A stretch of 64,000 bases of DNA from an uncultured Ruminococcus sp. Its GTDB lineage: Bacteria; Bacillota; Clostridia; Oscillospirales; Acutalibacteraceae. How positions within the stretch are numbered: position 1 is the first letter of the stretch; every line of letters starts with the position of its first letter. The stretch covers positions 3,545 to 67,544 of the forward strand of contig CACWKB010000003.1 of NCBI GenBank assembly GCA_902761375.1, written 5' to 3'. Shown in pieces: positions 29,165 to 38,479 of the stretch. The translations under genes were made by a program, and so were the position numbers. The notes beneath the pieces are model-generated. The model ran no database searches and was not told the origin of the DNA. It saw only the letters and a list, made by a program, of their open reading frames with translations.

Positions 29165-31798
29165 TCAGATTCCGAAATAACTGTTGTTAGCGCAGGTAAA
29201 ATCAAAGCCGTATTTATTGAATTCGCCGTCGCATTCGTAATCGCCGTAGAAGAACATCTCAGCCTCGTCGATACGCCTGTACAGCAGTCCCCACCAGCAT
29301 GAGCCGGAGGCGTGGTGATATTGCAGGAAGTTATTTATGAACGCGCTCTTTGAGGTGTTGTTGAGGTCGCGCTCACCGGAGGACGGCGAAGCGTAGTCGG
29401 AATAAACATAACCCGTGGTGCCGTTTGAAAGCTTGATCTTATACCACGATTTGTTGTAAAGCTTCGCGTCGACAAAGGTAAACGAGGTGTCGTAAGCCAT
29501 CGTCGTCACTATCGAATTTCCGGTGCCCGCGCCGGAGCGAAGGTTGACTCCGCTTGTATTGATAAAGCCCGCCGCGCCGGCTTTGATCGAACCGCCTGCC
29601 GTCGAGGTGTCGAGCAGCACAGACCTGAGCTCGGCGCTGTTGGTGATGCAGTAGGCGCCCAGATTATAGGCGAAGCACACAAGGGCGTCGAACTGCTGCT
29701 GGTTGAACCTGACGTTGTTCTGGGTAAGGAAGGCGTTGGTGCGGGTTGTGTAGCCGCCGGAATTAACGGTCTGGCACAGATAGGCATAAGCCTCTGCCTT
29801 AGTCAGGTTGTTGTAGAACTGCTCATTGGAGAAAACCACCTTGCCGTGTCCGAGGGTGGGGTCTCCGGTGATATAGTCGGCGGTGACCGTCGGAAGGAAG
29901 CCCTCGAACAGCGCGATCAGCTCGATCACCTCGTCGCTTGCGCGGCGTTCTCCGAGAACCGTCGTGGTCGTGTCGGTGGATTTGGTGACGAAAACCTCTC
30001 CCTCGCCGTTATCCGGTGTGGTCAGGTATTGATCTGAGGTTCTATACCTTGAATATGCCTTTATGCTCCAAAGCCCGGATTTGTCGAGGACATGGGAGCC
30101 CGACCAGATCAGATTGTTTCCGTCCTTGACCTTGCTGTCCGCCTCGACAGTGTATGAGGTCGAGCCGTTTGAAACGACAAAGCGCACGGCTACTCGATCG
30201 GAGTCGGTGATAGCCTTGAAGGTCACGTTTGAATTGAGAGGAGCGGAGTTGGGCGAAGCGTATACAAAGCGGATGTTGTCGCGCGTAGTAACGTGGATAA
30301 GGCAGCTCGCCGCGCCGTAATAGGTGTATGCGGTGATCGTAACGTATCCGCTCGATTTGGTATCGACAACACCGTCCTGACCGACTGTCGCAATGCTGTT
30401 ATTTGACGATTTCCAGCTTACTCCGTATGTATTTGAGGTGAGAAGGATAGATTTGCCCGTCCTCATGACGATATCGTCCGAGGATATCGAAACGCCGTAG
30501 CCGGAGCTTACGGTGATGTTTACGGAAGCGGTCTTGCCGTCGGCTGAAGCCGTGACCGTCGCCGAGCCCGAGGATTTCGCGGTGACTACGCCGTTGGTGT
30601 CAACCGCCGCAACGGAGCTGTTCGAGCTTTTCCATGTCGCGTTTTTATGGCTCGCGGTCAGTGCGATCTGATTGCCGATATAAAGGCTTGAATCTCCCTG
30701 AAGGATCGACAGATCGCCGGAATTCGACGCGCCCGAGCCGGATGTTCCGCCGGATGAGCCGCCGGAGCTTGAATTCATCGTCAGATAATCTCCGAGCGCC
30801 CAGCCGGTCTTGCCGTCGGAGAGCTTGATGTTATACCAGCCGTTTTTCGGGGTCGTGCTGATATAAACGAACTCGGTATTCTGATTCATCGTTGTGACGA
30901 TGCTGTAGCTCGTGCCTGCGCCGGAGCGAAGATTCAGAGCCCCGGTATTGACATAGCCCGTGGTTTTTTCCTCGGATGAGCCGCCCGAGGAGCCGCCGGA
31001 GCTTCCGCCCGATGACGAATTATTCAGAACCACATAGGTCTTTGAGACCCAGCCCTTGGTGCCGTCGGAAAGCATGATATTGTACCAGCCGTTCTTCTCT
31101 GTCTCGCTGACAAGCGTGAACTTGGTGTCGCGCGCCATGACCGTAACGATGCTGTTACCGGTGCCGGCTCCCGAACGCAGATTTACATAGCCCGCGTTGA
31201 CATAGCCGGTGGTCTGTGTCGAAGTGCCTCCGCTGATCGTTCCCGAGGGCGTGCCCTTGGTGACGTAGGTCTTATAGATCCAGCCCGTGGTGCCGTCGGA
31301 AAGCTTGATATTGTACCAGCCGTTTTTTTCGGAGGTGCTGACAAAGGTAAAGGTCGTGTTTTTGTCAAGGGTATCTATCACGCCGTAGCTCGTTCCGGCG
31401 CCCTTTCTGAAATTAACGCCGTCGACGTTGACATAGCCCTTTTCCGTGGAGGTCGAGGACGAGGATGACGAGGAGGTCGCCTTTACATAATCCTTATGAA
31501 CGTAACCTGTTTTATTGGTCTCAAGCTCCTTGATCTTGTACCAGTCGGAGCTGACGAGCTTGCCGTCAATAAAGGTCACCTTGGTGTTCTCGCTCATAGT
31601 CGTGACAACTGAGTAGCTCGTGCCTGCGCCGGAGCGGAGGTTGACATAGGAGGCATTTGCGATATAGCCGCTTCCTCCCTTCACCGGAGTGACCGTCGCG
31701 GCGTTTGCGACAAGCGGGATCACGACCGCAAATACAGAACCGAGCATCAGTACAGCCAGCACTATACATACAATACGAATTACCGTAGCTTTTTTCAT
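29165..31798 (-). CDS. Secreted cell-wall hydrolase: 4xSH3b + 2xBig_2 + Ig-like + GH24 lysozyme with a fifth SH3b inserted
   Basis: Signal peptide; repeated VNLRSGAGT..WY.I....GW/YV; WKSSN Big_2 repeats; FEG-x-D-x5-T(LGHG), QQQFDALVCFAYNLG, GLLYRRIDE. Confidence 0.85.
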   Translation of the reverse strand: MKKATVIRIVCIVLAVLMLGSVFAVVIPLVANAATVTPVKGGSGYIANASYVNLRSGAGTSYSVVTTMSENTKVTFIDGKLVSSDWYKIKELETNKTGYVHKDYVKATSSSSSSSTSTEKGYVNVDGVNFRKGAGTSYGVIDTLDKNTTFTFVSTSEKNGWYNIKLSDGTTGWIYKTYVTKGTPSGTISGGTSTQTTGYVNAGYVNLRSGAGTGNSIVTVMARDTKFTLVSETEKNGWYNIMLSDGTKGWVSKTYVVLNNSSSGGSSGGSSGGSSEEKTTGYVNTGALNLRSGAGTSYSIVTTMNQNTEFVYISTTPKNGWYNIKLSDGKTGWALGDYLTMNSSSGGSSGGTSGSGASNSGDLSILQGDSSLYIGNQIALTASHKNATWKSSNSSVAAVDTNGVVTAKSSGSATVTASADGKTASVNITVSSGYGVSISSDDIVMRTGKSILLTSNTYGVSWKSSNNSIATVGQDGVVDTKSSGYVTITAYTYYGAASCLIHVTTRDNIRFVYASPNSAPLNSNVTFKAITDSDRVAVRFVVSNGSTSYTVEADSKVKDGNNLIWSGSHVLDKSGLWSIKAYSRYRTSDQYLTTPDNGEGEVFVTKSTDTTTTVLGERRASDEVIELIALFEGFLPTVTADYITGDPTLGHGKVVFSNEQFYNNLTKAEAYAYLCQTVNSGGYTTRTNAFLTQNNVRFNQQQFDALVCFAYNLGAYCITNSAELRSVLLDTSTAGGSIKAGAAGFINTSGVNLRSGAGTGNSIVTTMAYDTSFTFVDAKLYNKSWYKIKLSNGTTGYVYSDYASPSSGERDLNNTSKSAFINNFLQYHHASGSCWWGLLYRRIDEAEMFFYGDYECDGEFNKYGFDFTCANNSYFGI

Positions 31799-31921
31799 AG
31801 GTCTCACCTTTTCAACATTGTAAAACTTCTAAATATTACAAAATCTTAACTATATTTACAATTATAACACATTTAGCCGAATAATGCAAATTTAAATTTT
31901 TTTAACGCTTTTACAGCCGAT

Positions 31922-32470
31922 TCAGCGGAGCTTAAGCAGCTTTCCGTGCAGTCTTTTTCGATAAAAAACAGTGAATACTGTCAGCGCGCGGTCATAGAGC
32001 AGGAAAAGAAGGTTGCCTGCGATCAGGAATACCCAAGGCAGATACACTCCGAACAAGGTATACTCCTCTGCCGGGACAGAGAGCAGCCACATAGCCGCGA
32101 AAAACGAAGCCACGGCAGAAAGATTGAACACAACAAGCTTGACCGCAAGACGCACCGCGCGGCGGCTGAGCCTGTTTTCAAGCAGCTCCTTGAGCACCGG
32201 ATAATACCCGAAAAACGCGATAAAAAGTATTACCGCCTCTTTATCATAAGTGAAAATCAGCGAAAGAACAGAGGTCACGGCAAAGGCTGCCAGCGCCCAT
32301 TGAGCGCCGCATTCGATCAGTACCGACACAATCAGCGCCCCGGCTATGCAAGGAAGCGCGTAGATCCCCACCGGGATGACCGCGCTGAGAAGCATCACTC
32401 CGACGCCGAGCGCCGCTATGACTGCGCTGAAGGTAAGATTCAGCGTCATTTTTCTGACTGATCGCTTCAT
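31922..32470 (-). CDS. Hypothetical multi-pass membrane protein
   Basis: Hydrophobic ORF with DKEA, FFGYYP-LK and FLLYD motifs. Confidence 0.7.
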   Translation of the reverse strand: MKRSVRKMTLNLTFSAVIAALGVGVMLLSAVIPVGIYALPCIAGALIVSVLIECGAQWALAAFAVTSVLSLIFTYDKEAVILFIAFFGYYPVLKELLENRLSRRAVRLAVKLVVFNLSAVASFFAAMWLLSVPAEEYTLFGVYLPWVFLIAGNLLFLLYDRALTVFTVFYRKRLHGKLLKLR

Positions 32471-32650
32471 TATTCGCCTCAAAATCACAATTATAAATCT
32501 TATACAGAAGTATTATACATGATTATGTTATAAAATTCAATAGTTAAGCTAAAGATTTTTTCTGATTTAGAATTATTTTTTGTTAAAAATAGTCTATAAT
32601 TTTAGATAAAATCTTATGCGGCTTATCTGCCGCGGACCTGAGGCCTGATT

Positions 32651-33205
32651 ATGAACGTCTATGATTTTGACAAAACCATTTACGACGGCGACTCCACCGC
32701 CGATTTTTACATATTTTCGCTCAAACGGCACAAGGGTATCATCCTCCTTTCCCCTTCCCTTTTCGGCGCGTTTTTGCGGTTTTATGTATTTAAAAGAGGC
32801 ACAAAGACGGAATTCAAGGAAAAAATGTACCGTTTTCTGACCAAATGCGAGCTTGAAACCGACCTCGCCGATTTCTGGGAGACCCATAAAAAAAACATCA
32901 AGCGGTTTTACATCTCGCAGCGAAGGGACGACGATCTTATCATCTCAGCCTCACCTGAATTCCTGCTTGAACCGATCTGCAGAGAGCTCGGGGTCGCCCT
33001 GCTCGCCTCGAGGGTCGACGGCAAAAGCGGAAAATACGACGGCATCAACTGCCACGGCAAGGAAAAGGTACGCCGCTTCTGCGAGGCTTATCCCGACGGC
33101 GTGATCGACGATTTTTATTCAGACAGCCACAGCGACGATCCGCTCGCCGAAATATCAAAACGAGCCTTTCTCGTTAAGGGAGAAAGGCTGACGGCTTGGA
33201 AATGA
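32651..33205 (+). CDS. HAD-IB family phosphatase
   Basis: VYDFDKT, ISASP, NCHGKEK, FYSDSHSD. Confidence 0.88.
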   Translation: MNVYDFDKTIYDGDSTADFYIFSLKRHKGIILLSPSLFGAFLRFYVFKRGTKTEFKEKMYRFLTKCELETDLADFWETHKKNIKRFYISQRRDDDLIISASPEFLLEPICRELGVALLASRVDGKSGKYDGINCHGKEKVRRFCEAYPDGVIDDFYSDSHSDDPLAEISKRAFLVKGERLTAWK

Positions 33206-33207
33206 TT

Positions 33208-33243
33208 CAGAGGTAATGGCGAAAAACCATTACCTCTGTTTTG
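33208..33243 (+). terminator. Intrinsic terminator
   Basis: CAGAGGTAATGG/CCATTACCTCTG 12-bp stem + TTTT. Confidence 0.85.
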
Positions 33244-33313
33244 TTATTATACGATCCGGATACGGCAAAAGCGCCGAGCTCTCAGGCGTGAACCGGAAGG
33301 CTTTTACTCTGAC

Positions 33314-34153
33314 CTATTCGCAGCCGCAGCCGAAGGAAGCGCGGTCAATCGAAGGATCTGCCGTTCCGGGCGGAAAGAACGAGTCATTGGGGAACTCGAT
33401 CTTTCCGAACGCCTCGCAGGGATCGTCGGTGCTCTCGCCGCATTCCTTGCGGGGGATGCAGAAATCGTAGGACGGGATCATGAGCTGCACATCGCGCGTG
33501 AGACGGGCTATCGTGAACACGCCGAGCGTGACCAGAACCTGCTGATTCTCGGGAGCCTTGAGCTCTCCTCCGAAAAACTCAGCGACGTTCTCGGGGACGA
33601 ACGGAAGGATAGCGGGTGTTGTGACCGTTGCGACGGACGCCGCCAGCGACATCGGGCAGCTCACCTGCACCGAAGCCTCGGGAAGAGTCGAGGGTGAAGG
33701 CTGACAGGTGGTGAATTCCGAGCTGTCGATCTCCTGCTCGCCCTTGCTCGTAAAGGTCTTGGAATTGCCCTCGCTGCCGAAGAGCACCGCGCGCTTTGAA
33801 TGGGTCGCAAGACCGGTCACGGTCGCCGGCAGCGTGCCAGTTCCGCTGTACACCTCCAGACTTACGGCGAAATAATACACCGTGTCTACGGCGTAATAGC
33901 CCCGGTGGAACGCGATGGAATCCACGTTCACATTGGCGGTGAGCACTCCGGTTTTAGTGACGCGCACCGCCGTGGCGTTTTCGATCAGCTCCTGATTTTC
34001 CTCGGTAAAAAACACCGTCAGGTCTCTGAGGCACTCCTTGGCTCCGCAACTGTCGTAGAGCCGTTTAACGTCTACGCATACGGGGTCGAAGGCTTCTTCT
34101 TCGGCGATATCCGGAGCGGTTGTTTCGACTGCTTCATATTCTGCTTCCGACAT
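33314..34153 (-). CDS. Cys-containing putative spore coat/morphogenetic protein
   Basis: VCVDVKRLYDSC..KECL and QLMIPSYDFCIP.KEC motifs; sigK-like promoter; GGAGGT SD favours ATG 34153. Confidence 0.6.
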   Translation of the reverse strand: MSEAEYEAVETTAPDIAEEEAFDPVCVDVKRLYDSCGAKECLRDLTVFFTEENQELIENATAVRVTKTGVLTANVNVDSIAFHRGYYAVDTVYYFAVSLEVYSGTGTLPATVTGLATHSKRAVLFGSEGNSKTFTSKGEQEIDSSEFTTCQPSPSTLPEASVQVSCPMSLAASVATVTTPAILPFVPENVAEFFGGELKAPENQQVLVTLGVFTIARLTRDVQLMIPSYDFCIPRKECGESTDDPCEAFGKIEFPNDSFFPPGTADPSIDRASFGCGCE

Positions 34154-34208
34154 AAACATACCTCCATATCTAAGTAATTACAGCATGAAATCACTCTGTA
34201 ACATTACC

Positions 34209-34234
34209 ATAATATGGAGGTGTTTCTTTATTGT
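34209..34234 (-). promoter_or_regulatory. sigma-K-like promoter
   Basis: AC-N16-CATATTAT on minus strand. Confidence 0.6.
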
Positions 34235-34285
34235 TACTCAATTATCGGCGCCTTTGAATTTTTAAAAAGCGCCGAGATTGTATTG

Positions 34286-35479
34286 CTATCTTTCAAAACG
34301 GGACAGCGTTTTTTTGAACATCCAGTGGAGATAGGTCGGGTCGCAGTAGGAATAGTTTGAATAGGCAAGGTATATCTCAGACCTGTCGGCGCGGTATTTG
34401 AGCGCGGAGCGGTAGCCTCCGCAGTTGCCCGTCACGGAGATCACCTTGTCCTTGACATAAACTCCGCAGCCGTAATCATAGCCGTTGCTAGTGAACATAT
34501 ACTCGAGCGAGTCCTCGCTCAGCACCTCGCCGCCGAGCAGGGCGTCCACCCATTTGAGCGTATCCGAGACGTTGGTTATCAGACCCGCCGAGGAATAACC
34601 GACGCCGTCGCAGCGGAGCTTGGTGCTCTGCTCCTCACCGTCAAAGCATTCCGCAGTGTGATCGTTCGCGGTAAAGCCCGAGCTGCCCATTCCCAGCGGC
34701 TTGAAGAACCGCTCATTAATAAACTCATAGTAGCTCATTTTGCTGACCTTGGCGATGATCTCTCCGAGCAGGTAGTAGTTGCTGTCGGAGTAATCGAAAT
34801 ACTTGCCCGGCTCAAAGCTCAGCTCCTGCGAAAAGATCCAGTCGAGCACCGCTCTTTTATTCTTTTTGAACGAATTGTCCTTTTCTATCATTTCATCAAG
34901 CTCCGGAACGAGCCTGAAATCATCGGAGCGAAACTCGATGGGAACGACATAATTCTTGATGCCCGAATTCATATGAAGAAGCTGTTCGACGGTGACGTCC
35001 TTTCCCGCCTTGTATTTGGGAAAGAACTTGCCGAGGCTATCGTCGAGAGAAAGCTTCTCTTCCTCAATAAGCAGCAGTACAGCCGCAGCGGTGAACTGCT
35101 TTGTCACCGACCCTGCATAAAAACAGGTATTGAGCGAATTGCCGGTATGCCCTACCGCGTCCGACGAGCCCGTTGAGCTGAGGTACTCAAAGTCGTTGCC
35201 GATCTTCATGTACACATTGCCCTTGTAGCCGGTATCGGAAATTATGCGGTTGAACTTCGAGTAGGTCTCCTCCGCCTTCTGCTTCAGCGCCACCATGTCG
35301 TAGCGCCTGAACTTTTTCGGCGTATCCTGAGTAGCCGGAACAGTCGTGACCGGCTCGGTCACGGGTTCGGTGACCGAGGGAGCGGTCGAGGCGACCGCGG
35401 AAAACCCCTCACCGTCACAGCCGCAGAGCAGAGCGAGCAATAATATAAAACACAGAAGCAAACAAATCGTTTTTTTCAT
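34286..35479 (-). CDS. Serine hydrolase, beta-lactamase/class C PBP-like family, probable lipoprotein
   Basis: LLCGC lipobox-like, GSVTK (SxxK), LLHMNSG, FEPG..YSDSNY. Confidence 0.85.
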   Translation of the reverse strand: MKKTICLLLCFILLLALLCGCDGEGFSAVASTAPSVTEPVTEPVTTVPATQDTPKKFRRYDMVALKQKAEETYSKFNRIISDTGYKGNVYMKIGNDFEYLSSTGSSDAVGHTGNSLNTCFYAGSVTKQFTAAAVLLLIEEEKLSLDDSLGKFFPKYKAGKDVTVEQLLHMNSGIKNYVVPIEFRSDDFRLVPELDEMIEKDNSFKKNKRAVLDWIFSQELSFEPGKYFDYSDSNYYLLGEIIAKVSKMSYYEFINERFFKPLGMGSSGFTANDHTAECFDGEEQSTKLRCDGVGYSSAGLITNVSDTLKWVDALLGGEVLSEDSLEYMFTSNGYDYGCGVYVKDKVISVTGNCGGYRSALKYRADRSEIYLAYSNYSYCDPTYLHWMFKKTLSRFER

Positions 35480-35512
35480 AAATGATCATTCCTTTTGCAA
35501 GGTCATATGAAA

Positions 35513-37765
35513 TCAGGAAAGCTTTTCCATTTTGCAGAAATTAGCCATGAGCTTTTTGGTGCCCGCCTTATCAAAGGCGATCTCGAGCAGCGTATCGCTG
35601 CCCATTTTCTCGGTATGCACAACCATGCCCTTGCCGAACACCTTATGCAGCACCTCATCGCCGACCGTATAGGTCGTGCCGGTTTTGACAGCGGGCTTTT
35701 GGTAACCGCCGAATTTGGGACTGAAGCCCGTGCCGTGAGGCTTTGAGCCGACGGCGATCCTCTCTCCTCCGGAGCTTTTCGCGCCGGTATAGCCCGAGGA
35801 AAACGCGCTCCTGCGCTCCTCGCCCGTCCGCTCGACCAGCTCGTCCGGGATCTCGCTGACAAAGCGCGATTCGCGGTTATATGTAGTCGAGCCGAATAGC
35901 ATACGGGTCTTGGTCTTGGTGAGGTACAGCAGCTCCTTGGCTCGCGTTATGCCGACATAGGCAAGCCTGCGCTCCTCGTTGATCTCCTCCGGGTTCATCA
36001 TCGAAGCGATCGACGGGAACAGCCCGTCCTCCATTCCCGTGATGAACACCACGGGAAATTCCAGACCCTTGGCGCTGTGAAGCGTCATCATCACGGCGGT
36101 GTCGGACTCAGCGTCGTAGTTGTCGATGTCGGAGAGCAGGGATATCTCCTCGAGAAAGCCCGAAAGCGTCGCCTCCTCGCCGTAATCCTCCTCGAATTTG
36201 ATGATGTTTGAGGAAAGCTCCTCGATATTCTCGATGCGCACATCGGCGTTTTCCTTTTCCGCTTTAAGATAAGCCGTATAGTCGGTGTGCTCCAAAACAA
36301 GGTTGTATAATTCTGCAAGAGAATAATCGCCGCTGTCCTCCGCCTCGATCAGCCCGTCGATCAGGGCTGTGAAAGCTTTGAGCTTTGACGCGGCGCGCGA
36401 GAGCTGAGGATAGCTGTCCGCCTCGCTGATGACCGAATAGATGCTTTCGCCGATTCCCGAGGCTATCTCTGCGGCTATCTCGACCGTGCGCGCACCGATT
36501 GAGCGCTTTGGCACGTTGATGATACGGCTGAGGCGCACATCGTCGTGGGGATTGTTGATGACCTGAAGATAGGCGACCATATCGCGGATCTCCTCGCGGT
36601 CATAGAAGCGGTGGCCGCCGATTATCCTGTGAGGCACGCCGCTGCGCGAAAGCGCCTGCTCGATGGCGTTCGACTGGGCGTTGGTGCGGTAGAGCACGGC
36701 AAAATCCGAGTATTTGCGCCCGTCGGAAACTCCGTCGAGGATGGTCTGAGCAACAAACGAAGCCTCGTCGCGCTCGCTGTCACAGGTGTGGACGATTATC
36801 TTCTCGCCCTTGGGGTTCTGCGTCCAAAGGGTCTTGCCCTTGCGGACGGTATTATTTGATATCACTCCGTTCGCCGCGTCGAGGATCGTCTGGGTGCTGC
36901 GGTAATTCTGCTCGAGGCGGATCACGCGCGCACCCTTGAAGGTGTTCTCGAAGGAGAGGATGTTTTCGATGGTCGCTCCCCTGAATTTATAGATGCTTTG
37001 GTCGTCGTCGCCCACGACGCAGATATTGCCGTGGAGCGCGGCGAGCATTGAGACAAAGCGGTACTGGACGCGGTTGGTGTCCTGATACTCGTCTACCATG
37101 ATATATTTGAACTGCCGCTGATATATCTCGAGAACGTCGGGATTGGTTTCAAACAGCTCAACAGCCTTGCAGAGCAGGTCGTCAAAATCCATTGCGTCCG
37201 CGGTTTTCAAACGGGTCTGATACACCTCATACACCTTGGCTATCGAGACCTTGCGGAAATCATAATCGGCGTTTTTCAGCATCTCCTCCGGCGTGATCAT
37301 CTTGTCCTTCGCCTTTGAGATCTCGCTGAGTATCGCCTTTGCCGGAAGCTGCTTTTCATCTATATTTAGCTGCTTGCAGATATCCTTGACGAGCTTTTTC
37401 TGGTCGTCGGTCGCGTATACCGTAAAGTGGCTCGAATATCCCAGCCTGCTTCCGTAGCGGCGCAGGATGCGCGCACAGGTGGAGTGGAAGGTCGCCGCCC
37501 AGATGTCGGCGCCTCCCTCCGGCACGGTATTGCATATTCTCTCCTTGAGCTCGCCCGCCGCCTTGTTCGTAAAGGTGATGGCGAGGATGTTCCACGGCTT
37601 GCACAGCCCCGACTGCAGAATATACGATATGCGGTTTACGAGCACGGTGGTTTTTCCCGAGCCGGCGCCGGCAAGTATCAGCAGAGGACCCTCTGTAGCA
37701 AACACCGCCTGCTGCTGCATGGGATTCATAAAGGAAAACTGTTGTTTTAATTCGCTTTGAGACAT
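35513..37765 (-). CDS. pcrA: ATP-dependent DNA helicase PcrA
   Basis: AGAGSGKT, TFTNKAA, DEYQD, GDDDQSIY, QNYRS, TLHSAKGLEF, EERRLAYV; C-terminal Tudor-like domain. Confidence 0.96.
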   Translation of the reverse strand: MSQSELKQQFSFMNPMQQQAVFATEGPLLILAGAGSGKTTVLVNRISYILQSGLCKPWNILAITFTNKAAGELKERICNTVPEGGADIWAATFHSTCARILRRYGSRLGYSSHFTVYATDDQKKLVKDICKQLNIDEKQLPAKAILSEISKAKDKMITPEEMLKNADYDFRKVSIAKVYEVYQTRLKTADAMDFDDLLCKAVELFETNPDVLEIYQRQFKYIMVDEYQDTNRVQYRFVSMLAALHGNICVVGDDDQSIYKFRGATIENILSFENTFKGARVIRLEQNYRSTQTILDAANGVISNNTVRKGKTLWTQNPKGEKIIVHTCDSERDEASFVAQTILDGVSDGRKYSDFAVLYRTNAQSNAIEQALSRSGVPHRIIGGHRFYDREEIRDMVAYLQVINNPHDDVRLSRIINVPKRSIGARTVEIAAEIASGIGESIYSVISEADSYPQLSRAASKLKAFTALIDGLIEAEDSGDYSLAELYNLVLEHTDYTAYLKAEKENADVRIENIEELSSNIIKFEEDYGEEATLSGFLEEISLLSDIDNYDAESDTAVMMTLHSAKGLEFPVVFITGMEDGLFPSIASMMNPEEINEERRLAYVGITRAKELLYLTKTKTRMLFGSTTYNRESRFVSEIPDELVERTGEERRSAFSSGYTGAKSSGGERIAVGSKPHGTGFSPKFGGYQKPAVKTGTTYTVGDEVLHKVFGKGMVVHTEKMGSDTLLEIAFDKAGTKKLMANFCKMEKLS

Positions 37766-37783
37766 AAAAATACCTTTTAAGAG

Positions 37784-37816
37784 AAAAAGCGGGCGAATTT
37801 CTCGCCCGATTTTTTT
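37784..37816. terminator. Bidirectional-looking terminator
   Basis: A-run, CGGGCGA/TCGCCCG stem, T-run. Confidence 0.7.
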
Positions 37817-37827
37817 GGAATATCCGA

Positions 37828-38289
37828 TTATTTAATGCTTGAGTTGTAGACCTCCGACATTCCGGCGGCGTCGTCCGCAACGATCATGCTGACAAAGTTG
37901 CCGTCCTTGGTGACCTTGCACACCTTGACCATGTCGAGCTTTTCGGGAGTGTATGAGCTGTACTGCTGAACGATTGAGTTGAAACGGGTCGTGAGAGCGG
38001 TCTCAACGCGGGCAGCCGCGTCGGAATCCACAGCCTCAACGAGCACGATCTCGATCGCTGCGTTGTTGTTCTGATTGGTCTCGGCTGCGAACTGCTTTAC
38101 GTCCTCGGGGTTGATGCCGTAGTATTTGTTGAGCTTGTCCGTGGTGTCGATCTCGGTAAGCGAAAGATCATACTTGGTATTGATCTCGGTAAGAACGCCG
38201 GAAAGATCGGCATTTTTGGTACCGCCGCAGCCGGCAAAGGCAGCTGTGAGCATCATTGCAGCCAAAACAATGGCAATTATTCTTTTCAT
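37828..38289 (-). CDS. DUF4358-like lipoprotein
   Basis: FAGC lipobox; YYGI, EIVLVEA, Y.PE motifs. Confidence 0.7.
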   Translation of the reverse strand: MKRIIAIVLAAMMLTAAFAGCGGTKNADLSGVLTEINTKYDLSLTEIDTTDKLNKYYGINPEDVKQFAAETNQNNNAAIEIVLVEAVDSDAAARVETALTTRFNSIVQQYSSYTPEKLDMVKVCKVTKDGNFVSMIVADDAAGMSEVYNSSIK

Positions 38290-38395
38290 CTTTAAATACC
38301 TCCGATTTACAATTTTACCCTACTATTATATTATATATTTTTTGAAAGTCAATATTTATTATAATAATGTAATACTTATACTATTTTCGATTTGA

Positions 38396-38431
38396 CAGAA
38401 AGCGTCGGGAGCAGAATAATCTGCCCCCGAC
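38396..38431 (-). terminator. Terminator of htrA
   Basis: GTCGGGGGCAGA/TCTGCTCCCGAC stem followed by GCTTTCT. Confidence 0.75.
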
Positions 38432-38479
38432 CGGAGAGAGGTTATATAGAAAGGAAAATGAGTGGGAAAGCTTTGTTTA

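Noticed and set aside
30740-31640. Repeated DNA segments as possible CRISPR, DGR or VNTR
   Set aside because: Explained by in-frame SH3b domain repeats and GGSS linkers; no fixed repeat-spacer period and no reverse transcriptase nearby
34160-34221. Inverted repeat as an invertible promoter switch
   Set aside because: No recombinase nearby; the repeats include the -10 and SD themselves, so inversion would not flip a promoter
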